Origin: a virus
Direction: 5' to 3' (one strand)
Virus record (IMG/VR): IMGVR_UViG_3300025141_000042
Location: 36,292 to 100,291 of that record
Length of the DNA: 64,000 bases
Positions 57,070 to 64,000 of this stretch are shown piece by piece. Under the pieces are notes generated by a model. The model saw only the letters and a program-made list of their open reading frames with translations. It did not search any database and had not been told where the DNA came from. The position numbers were made by a program, and so were the translations under genes. Position 1 is the first letter of the stretch. The number at the start of each line of letters is the position of its first letter.

Positions 57070-58335
57070 CTATCCGGTAAAAATCGTCATTGGAATTTTT
57101 GCTTGTAAATTTTGGGTAGATTCCATAACCTGGGCATCAGTCTCAACCAACTTATCATAGGTCAATTCATCGAGGATAGTCTTGAGTTCATCTCGCAAAG
57201 CACTTTGTTCTTCTTTTGCTTGCGTTAAGAGGGAGTCACCGTTGAGAGTTACGGAATCTCCTGGGATTGGTATGGTCGCGAATTTGTTTCTTACAAGACC
57301 TAGAGTTTCCTTACTCAGCGCAAGGGCAAACCTTCGGATCCACTGTTTACCTATCGAGTTAATATTCCCATAGGGAATGTTTGCGAACGGCAAAGTGTTC
57401 ATGTTGTTGATGCCAGTGACACCAGTATCTTTTCCTGGTGTGCTTAAGATCGTATCGGTATCGACTGTAAACTCAAACCAGATCTTCGTTACCCAGGAGG
57501 TATCTGGAGTGGGGTATAATCTTACCTTGTTGTTTCTAATCTCGTAAGAATAGTGAGAGGTTCTCGTATATAGGGCATCTTCATATGCCATCGATTGGAG
57601 TTTGTTTTGCCAGGTTGGGATAACCTGGAATGTGCTGGAGTCAGAATACTGACCATAAGTGGAAAGGTTTCCGATAGTATTGATACCACCATAATAACCG
57701 TAAAATCTCCACATTGCACGAGGCGATTTATAATATACTTTCTCAATTCTCACTTTCTTTGTTGAATCAATGCCGGCATATGGCACTCCGCCGTTGGCCG
57801 CGCTGGAAGAGATGATACTTTGGAGATCGTAGTCTTGGACGCTGCTCGTTATGTTGATCGATGCAGAGTAGAACGTCTTGTTTCCACCCACCTGGGCGCG
57901 CTCAGATGCCGCACTAGCGAATGTGCTAGCATACCCCAAGTCGTAGGTGGGATATCTTAATTCTGCCCCTGTGCCGCTTAGGTTCGTCTTCAGGACTCCA
58001 CTTTCAAGTTCTCCATCGTTATCAAATGTTCCCGTCGTCTGTCCGAGAAGATTTGACATCACATTCTTTCCCTGGTGGAGGTTGATAATATAGGAGTATT
58101 CTAAGACTGCTTCTTCGTAGGCAGCATAGACGTTGTTTGCCGTTATTTCTATGTCGAGGACATCGCCACCTAATTTTCTGTAGGTATAGGAAACCTGATC
58201 TGCGGCGCCGGATACGAATGCCGAACCTGAATAAATCCCAAATGGCAAAGAACCTGTAACATCTCCGGCGGTGCCAGTTGCTGGCAGCACAATCGCACTA
58301 GTAGTTGAAGATGGATTCAGAGTAGGTACTGACAC
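57070..58335 (-). CDS. neck protein (gp13-like)
   Basis: LGGDVLDIEI, WIRRFALAL.KE.LG..R.KF...PIPG..VTLNG; GTG start after GGAGG. Confidence 0.85.
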   Translation of the reverse strand: MSVPTLNPSSTTSAIVLPATGTAGDVTGSLPFGIYSGSAFVSGAADQVSYTYRKLGGDVLDIEITANNVYAAYEEAVLEYSYIINLHQGKNVMSNLLGQTTGTFDNDGELESGVLKTNLSGTGAELRYPTYDLGYASTFASAASERAQVGGNKTFYSASINITSSVQDYDLQSIISSSAANGGVPYAGIDSTKKVRIEKVYYKSPRAMWRFYGYYGGINTIGNLSTYGQYSDSSTFQVIPTWQNKLQSMAYEDALYTRTSHYSYEIRNNKVRLYPTPDTSWVTKIWFEFTVDTDTILSTPGKDTGVTGINNMNTLPFANIPYGNINSIGKQWIRRFALALSKETLGLVRNKFATIPIPGDSVTLNGDSLLTQAKEEQSALRDELKTILDELTYDKLVETDAQVMESTQNLQAKIPMTIFTG

Positions 58336-58382
58336 TTTTTTCCCTCCATGGATTACTGCATTTATAAGTAGTTTGAAGACAT

Positions 58383-58410
58383 AAGAAAAGAGCCCTGGGC
58401 GGACTCTTAT
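58383..58410 (-). terminator. terminator after tRNA
   Basis: GAGTCC-GCCCA-GGGCTC-TTTTCTT. Confidence 0.6.
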
Positions 58411-58426
58411 CTTAAAAGGCAACTTT

Positions 58427-58502
58427 TGGCTCCGCAGGATAGGCTCGAACTACCGACGAGGTGGTTAACAGCCACCCGCTCTACCAACTGAGCTACTGCG
58501 GA
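58427..58502 (-). tRNA. tRNA-Asn(GTT)
   Basis: TCCGCAG acceptor stem, D-arm TAGCTCAGTTGGTAGAGC, anticodon loop CT-GTT-AA, TTCGAGC T-loop, encoded CCA; 76 nt. Confidence 0.95.
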
Positions 58503-58504
58503 TC

Positions 58505-58533
58505 AAAAGAAAAGAGTCCCCCGAAGGAGACTC
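58505..58533 (-). terminator. terminator after major capsid gene
   Basis: GAGTCTCC-TTCG-GGGGACTC-TTTTCTTTT (UUCG tetraloop). Confidence 0.88.
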
Positions 58534-58561
58534 AATTCTTTAATCGGTCGTGGTCTGCATA

Positions 58562-60250
58562 TTAACCGAGCATGTCGGTTACTACAACCAACCCATACAT
58601 GTCTGGGCGTACCATCTTCTTCGCATAGCGGGTCATGACCCCCTTGCGTGGTACGAAATCTTCCGTACCAAAGATGGTTGGTGTGGTTTGTAGAGGCACA
58701 TAAGGTGCGTACACATATCCACTTTCAAGGAAAGAATTTCCTTTGCGTCCAACTAGGATGACATTTCGTGGGAAATAGGGGTCAACAAAGACATCCCATT
58801 TCTTCGAAATGCTACCAACATTAACGGCACCTGCTGAACCGGTGTCGTCATCGTGCGTTACATTCGCTTTAAAACCAGCGGTAAACTCAAGGATGTTAGC
58901 AGCTTCTGGTCCGCAAACCAAGAAGTTAGCTCCACCCCGTAATGTTTTACGATGGATTTGAGCGGAAACGTCGTTAATCGTTTCAAGAAGGGTTTCATAC
59001 CATTCCGAAACAGTGCCCGTGAAGTCGGCGCCAAGGAGGTCCTCGTTCGCGGATGCACTAATAGGCGCGCCAGTATCTCGATTCAGGAATTTACCTGGGC
59101 GTCGAGACCAATATTGTTTTCCGGCCGTGGCACCCTTGATGAGATCTTCCAAGATTTCTTGGTCGATTTCAAGAGCGATTTGTTCGGAAAGGATGCTGGT
59201 GAGTTCGACTTCGGCATCCAAGTTATGGTATGCGTTTAAGTCTTGTCCCAACTCTGGGGTCCATTTTGCTTTCAACTTCTTGGTTTGTGCTGTCACTGCA
59301 ACACTGTCAACCTTGATGTCGATTTCCGGAATGTTTGCATTTCCTTCCAGTCCCCAAGCATCGCGACCAACAACAGAACCAATTGCTCCACCAGTGGTGA
59401 AATCATCAGTTTGTGCATAACTGGCCGTGACCGTAGTAGATGCTGAACCGTCGCCGCCTGGGTTGAGGGTGCCGGCGTTTTCAGAACCGCTAGCAGCAAT
59501 CACAACAAGCAAATTGGTGTGAGGTGCTGTGCCACTTAATTGAGTCAAACGACGTGCTTGGCGGCCTTCTGCCAGATCGGCGTTGCGAATTGTCACCGTC
59601 ACCAAATCTTCTCGATTCAATTGATCGAAAGAAGCGATTGGCAGGGTGCCAACATAGACAGCAGAACCCGATGCGAGATCAGGATCGTGACGCACAAGTT
59701 TGTCAATATCCTCATTGCCCGTGCCAACCGTACCAGAAGTAACGCCCGTGAGGGTGAAACCGTTTGAACCGGTGGGGGATGCATAACCATTGTTCAGGTT
59801 GTAAAATCCCTTCTCGGCATCGCCGCCGGTAAGTGATACACCGCCTGTGATTTCGCTAGCAAGACGACCACCGCCATAGACGGAATCATCAGCTTCATCG
59901 CCCAAGCGAGCACCTTCCTTGGAGAAATCCAAGAAGAAGATGAGACCACTGGGGAGACTCATGGGTTGTACAGATACCAAATCATTAGCGATTAGTCCTG
60001 CGAATACTCGGCGAACGATTGGGAATGCAACTGCTGCGAAACCTTCTACGTCACCTGCGTTCATGGACGATGACTCACGGAGAAGTTCCTTTGCTTGGTT
60101 CTCCAATAAGCATGCCATGCTGTTTTTCTTTGCCTCGGTGGCGATTCCTTCTAAAAGACCGGTCTTCTCCCATTTCTCAACGAGAGCATGACTGTCTCTT
60201 TGAAGATCTCGCTCAACGATGCCTTCTGTAAGTTTTTCTAAGATAGACAT
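58562..60250 (-). CDS. major capsid protein (T4 gp23-like)
   Basis: LVEKW, LLENQ, VSVQPM..PSGLIF, KLKAKWTPELGQDL, YAPYVPL, PRKGVMTRY. Confidence 0.97.
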   Translation of the reverse strand: MSILEKLTEGIVERDLQRDSHALVEKWEKTGLLEGIATEAKKNSMACLLENQAKELLRESSSMNAGDVEGFAAVAFPIVRRVFAGLIANDLVSVQPMSLPSGLIFFLDFSKEGARLGDEADDSVYGGGRLASEITGGVSLTGGDAEKGFYNLNNGYASPTGSNGFTLTGVTSGTVGTGNEDIDKLVRHDPDLASGSAVYVGTLPIASFDQLNREDLVTVTIRNADLAEGRQARRLTQLSGTAPHTNLLVVIAASGSENAGTLNPGGDGSASTTVTASYAQTDDFTTGGAIGSVVGRDAWGLEGNANIPEIDIKVDSVAVTAQTKKLKAKWTPELGQDLNAYHNLDAEVELTSILSEQIALEIDQEILEDLIKGATAGKQYWSRRPGKFLNRDTGAPISASANEDLLGADFTGTVSEWYETLLETINDVSAQIHRKTLRGGANFLVCGPEAANILEFTAGFKANVTHDDDTGSAGAVNVGSISKKWDVFVDPYFPRNVILVGRKGNSFLESGYVYAPYVPLQTTPTIFGTEDFVPRKGVMTRYAKKMVRPDMYGLVVVTDMLG

Positions 60251-60276
60251 TATATTTTTTCTCCTTAAATGATTGC

Positions 60277-61329
60277 TTAAATGCCTGCAAGTTTCTTCAT
60301 CCTATCGATGTAAGGATCCTTGCTTGTTTTATTTTCTGTTCGTTTTAACATCGTAGTACGATTATTTGTCACAACTTCGCTTAGTGATTTCGGTTTGTCT
60401 CCTGAAGACGAACCCACTGTGCTTTGAAGGGTTTCAAAAATTGCCTTCGCTGTCTCAACAGAATCAGCATCACCAATAGCTTCGACAATCTTATTTTTTT
60501 GTCGCTCATTCAAGGAGGTGCTACCAAGAATTTGATTCGTATAGACCAATTTAGCATTAGAGAGATTGACACTCTCCAATGTATGTGATAATTTTTCTAA
60601 GAGAGTTCTGAAGTTCTTATTTTGATCCACCAACTTCTCTTTGTTTTCTTTTAGAGACTTATTCTCTTTTAAGATCTTTTCTTGTTTTTGTTTTAATTCT
60701 TTATTCTCTTTTAAAACTTTCGATTTCTGCTTGGAAAGGACTTTGCTTTCTGAGAGCATCTCTCCAACGGCAGTGGCGATCTTTTGTTCCACTGGTGCTG
60801 GGGTCTCTTGTTCTGCAACTTCTTCCACTTTCTGCTCTGCCTGTTCCTCTACCTGCTCCTCCTCGAAGAGTGCTGATAGGTCAATCTCTTCATCGACGAC
60901 TTCTTCTGTCACTGCCTCTGTCGCTTCTTCGGCCTCTCGGAGCGGCATGTCGTCTGCGGGTTCAACACCCACATCGGCGATGGCAACATCTTCCGCATCG
61001 GTGTCCGAACCCCGCCTCTTCATTAAGACCTGCAAATCGTCGAAGTCAATCTCGATTACCTCTTCCTCATCGGGGCAAGGGCATAGTTTCTCGCCGTCTG
61101 TTGCTGCCATTGGGATCTCATCCTCGATACCGGCAATATCTGGCATCACTTCGTCAGGAGTCGGATGGGGAAATGCTTCCTCCTCGTCATCTTGCTCAAG
61201 CATATTATCGACTGCTTCGCGAATCTGTCTCGAATATTTCTCGACGACTGCTGACTCAGCATTTTTAAGGGCAACTTCCTTCAGTGCTTCTGCATCTATA
61301 ATCGCCTGTTGTAACATTTTATTAGACAT
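60277..61329 (-). CDS. prohead scaffolding protein (gp22-like)
   Basis: Acidic coiled coil directly upstream of MCP; NAKLVYTN; many L-x-E sites; ends RMKKLAGI. Confidence 0.85.
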   Translation of the reverse strand: MSNKMLQQAIIDAEALKEVALKNAESAVVEKYSRQIREAVDNMLEQDDEEEAFPHPTPDEVMPDIAGIEDEIPMAATDGEKLCPCPDEEEVIEIDFDDLQVLMKRRGSDTDAEDVAIADVGVEPADDMPLREAEEATEAVTEEVVDEEIDLSALFEEEQVEEQAEQKVEEVAEQETPAPVEQKIATAVGEMLSESKVLSKQKSKVLKENKELKQKQEKILKENKSLKENKEKLVDQNKNFRTLLEKLSHTLESVNLSNAKLVYTNQILGSTSLNERQKNKIVEAIGDADSVETAKAIFETLQSTVGSSSGDKPKSLSEVVTNNRTTMLKRTENKTSKDPYIDRMKKLAGI

Positions 61330-61470
61330 GCTAGTATCTCCATAGTAGAAAAGGTATTTCTCCCAGATAAATAGTAATAAATTTCCCCAAATCTCCCTCT
61401 ATCGCCCGTAAAAAGCAATAGTTGGTAAATTTTAACATATAATGGGAAATAATTTTATATAAATCTTTTA

Positions 61471-61968
61471 TTATTCTGTCGAAGAACCAGTCACAGACTC
61501 GATTAAGGTCGCTGGAATGTCGATTTTCACCGCAACGGAAGAATCACTCTCTGTTGCCTTCTCTTCCTTTTTTTCTTTCTTCTTTTCTTTTGCTCTCGGA
61601 TCTTTCTTTTTCTGGGACTTGCGGTTGCCGTATGCTTTCACTGCCAAACCCTCTTCAACCAACACTTCATTCACGTTCATCCCATCCTGATAGATTGTCC
61701 CTATTATTCTACCATACTTTCCGGTTCTGTCTTTCACTGTCTGGAGGACAATCTCTTTTCCTAAGATAAGTTCGCGCAATCTATCTCTCGCCTTGAGTGC
61801 AGATTCCTTATCGTCGCTTCTTATTTCGGCCGTGTCTATTCCGGATAGGCGAATAGTCTTATTCTTCAATACTGTGCCAAAACCAAGGTCAATGTCTGCC
61901 CTACAGGTGTCTCCATCATATACAGAAACAACCTTTGCTTTGTAAAGATAACTGACGCTCTTTCTCAT
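61471..61968 (-). CDS. thermonuclease (SNase family)
   Basis: VYDGDT, IRLSGIDTAE, GKYGRII, VNEVLVEEGLA. Confidence 0.92.
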   Translation of the reverse strand: MRKSVSYLYKAKVVSVYDGDTCRADIDLGFGTVLKNKTIRLSGIDTAEIRSDDKESALKARDRLRELILGKEIVLQTVKDRTGKYGRIIGTIYQDGMNVNEVLVEEGLAVKAYGNRKSQKKKDPRAKEKKKEKKEEKATESDSSVAVKIDIPATLIESVTGSSTE

Positions 61969-62020
61969 GCTCATAAATAGTAAAGGACAATGGCATGTGT
62001 CTCAAAAAAGAGTTGATCTT

Positions 62021-62060
62021 AAAAAAAACCCAGCACTATCCACCTGGGACAATGCTGGGT
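62021..62060 (-). terminator. intrinsic terminator
   Basis: ACCCAGCA...TGCTGGGT with T-run on the minus strand. Confidence 0.65.
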
Positions 62061-62109
62061 AAAACTTATTACAAAGTCTTTATTTTTTAACTATTACCAC
62101 TAATAACTA

Positions 62110-64000
62110 TTAGCTATTAAATGGGGATGGGAACCAGTCTCCGTTCTCGCAGAAGTACCACTTGTTCGGATTATCAAAGTAGAATGCCGCAGCACCCGTG
62201 AGCCCGGTATTGGCACCGACATAAACCATCGCACCATTGTAACTCGATGGATCGTCAGCCATGGTCTCAAGTTGGGTGGCATCTGTGCCTGCTATGGCAG
62301 CATCAAAAGTTGCCATCTTGAGGTGTCCATTAACGGAGACAGAATCGGTGTTATTGGTACCAAGTGTGGAGTCACCTGCAACGTCTAGGTCACCGTTCAT
62401 GTCAGCATTACCTGTAACCGTGATAGTGGTGTCAAATGTTGCTGCTTCATCAACGGAAAGAGTTCCGCGAATGTCAGTCAATACGCCAGTTGCCGCAATA
62501 CTGGTTGCGCCTGCAACGTCTAGGTCACCGTTCATGTCAGCATTACCTGTAACCGTGATAGTGGTGTCAAATGTTGCTGCTTCATCAACGGAAAGAGTTC
62601 CGCGAATGTCAGTCAATACGCCAGTTGCCGCAATACTGGTTGCGCCTGCAACGTCTAGGTCACCGTTCATGTCAGCATTACCTGTAACCGTGATAGTGGT
62701 GTCAAATGTTGCTGCTTCATCAACGGAAAGAGTTCCGCGAATGTCAGTCAATACGCCAGTTGCCGCAATACTGGTTGCGCCTGCAACGTCAAGAGCACCA
62801 TTCATGTCAGCATCACCGGCAATATACAGATCATTCCACTGAGAGCCTGCGCCACCCAAGTCAAATACACCGTCATCGGAAGGCAACATGCTCGAAGAGA
62901 TGTCTGCCTTAAATTCAACTTTATCAGTAGCAGCATTACCAAGGGTAACATTGCCGTCGAAAGTAGCATTACCTGCAACGTCAAGAGCACCATTCAACTC
63001 AGCATCGCCAGAAGCGCTGATCGTGGTAGAGGTTAGTCCACCTTCGTGATCGGTTGCAGACTGAAAGTTAGCAGCACCTGCAACGTCAAGAGCACCATTC
63101 AAGTCAGCATCGCCAGAAGCGCTGATCGTGGTAGAGGTTAGTCCACCTTCGTGATCGGTTGCAGACTGAAAGTTAGCAGCACCTGCAACGTCAAGAGCAC
63201 CATTCAAGTCAGCATCGCCAGAAGCGCTGATCGTGGTAGAGGTTAGTCCACCTTCGTGATCGGTTGCAGACTGAAAGTTAGCAGCACCTGCAACGTCAAG
63301 AGCACCATTCAAGTCAGCATCGCCAGAAGCGCTGATCGTGGTAGAGGTTAGTCCACCTTCGTGATCGGTTGCAGACCGAAAGTCAGCAGCACCTGCAACG
63401 TCAAGAGTGCCATTCAAGTCAGCAATTCCGCCAACCGTAATGTTTGACTGGAAGTTTGCTGAGCTTTGAACATCAAGAGCACCATTCAAGTCAGTATTGC
63501 CAGAAGCGGAAAGTGATGTCGATTCTATTCCATCTTGGTGACGTGTGACTGATCGAAAGTATGTTACACCTAGAACGTCAAGATGACCATCCAAGTCAGC
63601 GTTTCCGAGAACCTGGATCGTGGTATCAAACACTGCTGCTTCATCAACGGAAAGAGTTCCGCGAATGTCAGTCAATACGCCAGTTGCCGCAAGACTGGTT
63701 GCGCCTGCAACGTCAAGAGCACCATTCATGTCAGCATCGCCAGAAGCGCTGATCGTGGTAGAGGTTAGTCCACCTTCGTGATCAGTTGCTGTTTGAAAGT
63801 TAGCAGCACCTTGAACATCCAGAGCACCATTCATGTCAGCATCACCTGTAACCGTGATGGCGCCGTCAAATGTTGCTGCTTCATCAACGGAAAGAGTTCC
63901 GCGAATGTCAGTCAATACGCCAGTTGCCGCAAGACTGGTTGCGCCTGCAACGTCAAGAGCACCATTCATGTCAGCATCGCCAGAAGCGCTGATCGTGGTA
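62110..64000 (-). CDS. long repeat-rich fibre protein (5' end outside window)
   Basis: Open to the window edge; GDADxNGALDVAG beta-repeats; shared C-terminal module. Confidence 0.8.
   Translation of the reverse strand, partial: TTISASGDADMNGALDVAGATSLAATGVLTDIRGTLSVDEAATFDGAITVTGDADMNGALDVQGAANFQTATDHEGGLTSTTISASGDADMNGALDVAGATSLAATGVLTDIRGTLSVDEAAVFDTTIQVLGNADLDGHLDVLGVTYFRSVTRHQDGIESTSLSASGNTDLNGALDVQSSANFQSNITVGGIADLNGTLDVAGAADFRSATDHEGGLTSTTISASGDADLNGALDVAGAANFQSATDHEGGLTSTTISASGDADLNGALDVAGAANFQSATDHEGGLTSTTISASGDADLNGALDVAGAANFQSATDHEGGLTSTTISASGDAELNGALDVAGNATFDGNVTLGNAATDKVEFKADISSSMLPSDDGVFDLGGAGSQWNDLYIAGDADMNGALDVAGATSIAATGVLTDIRGTLSVDEAATFDTTITVTGNADMNGDLDVAGATSIAATGVLTDIRGTLSVDEAATFDTTITVTGNADMNGDLDVAGATSIAATGVLTDIRGTLSVDEAATFDTTITVTGNADMNGDLDVAGDSTLGTNNTDSVSVNGHLKMATFDAAIAGTDATQLETMADDPSSYNGAMVYVGANTGLTGAAAFYFDNPNKWYFCENGDWFPSPFNS
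62375..62790. repeat. 135-bp tandem repeat x3 (45 aa)
   Basis: Identical units starting at 62375, 62510, 62645. Confidence 0.92.
62971..63410. repeat. 105-bp tandem repeat x4 (35 aa)
   Basis: acctgcaacgtcaagag recurs at 62971, 63076, 63181, 63286, 63391. Confidence 0.92.

Noticed and set aside
58427-58502. tRNA as prophage attachment site
   Set aside because: Flanked on both sides by phage structural genes; no integrase or duplicated tRNA 3' end in the window.
52310-62290. Diversity-generating retroelement (similar 3' ends in three virion genes)
   Set aside because: Differences are largely synonymous and not confined to adenines; no non-coding template repeat or reverse transcriptase in the window.
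13872-62842. Long plus-strand ORFs (e.g. 14635-15138, 17071-17571, 47038-47529, 60641-61345, 62261-62842)
   Set aside because: Antisense shadows of real minus-strand genes; low-complexity Ser/Thr/Phe-rich translations with no motifs.
62375-63410. CRISPR-like array
   Set aside because: Units are contiguous, multiples of 3, in-frame coding repeats without unique spacers; no cas genes.
1-64000. Stop-codon reassignment
   Set aside because: Conserved genes (MCP, sheath, DnaE, GroEL, RNR) are full length in the standard code, and TAA, TAG and TGA all end genes.

Overview
This window is a 64 kb segment of a large lytic myovirus with T4-like morphogenesis genes. It uses the standard genetic code, and almost all genes are on the minus strand. 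Reading the minus strand from right to left: a repeat-rich fibre protein (truncated by the window edge), thermonuclease, scaffold, major capsid protein, tRNA-Asn, neck proteins, fibre-like proteins, tail terminator, sheath, tube, tail chaperones, tape measure and baseplate. Next is a replication module: minimal family-A polymerase, FtsZ/tubulin-like protein, gp32-like SSB, RecA, 5'-3' exonuclease, DnaB-type helicase, class II RNR, GapR-like protein, GroES and DnaE. Then come methyltransferases, dUTPase, ClpP, GroEL, glutaredoxin, Hsp20, a probable lysis cassette (M15 peptidase) and an early MoxR-AAA/vWA/peptidase block. The only plus-strand operon encodes a myxobacterial-type Cys-repeat + vWA lipoprotein, which hints at a Myxococcota-like host (inference). 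Two promoter classes are visible by eye: consensus sigma70 promoters, and about 15 copies of a strand-oriented ACTA(T/C/G)TTA motif in front of late genes. Main observations: (1) a shared ~55-aa C-terminal module (YNG...NK[WF]YF.ENG.W.PSPF) on the neck protein and two fibres; (2) the late motif, with apparently leaderless transcripts; (3) a coupled mini-PolA/tubulin-like pair alongside DnaE; (4) a degenerate M15 pseudo-peptidase closing the baseplate operon; (5) late enzymes carrying capsid-targeting-like leaders. All family calls come from reading motifs by eye, not from database searches.
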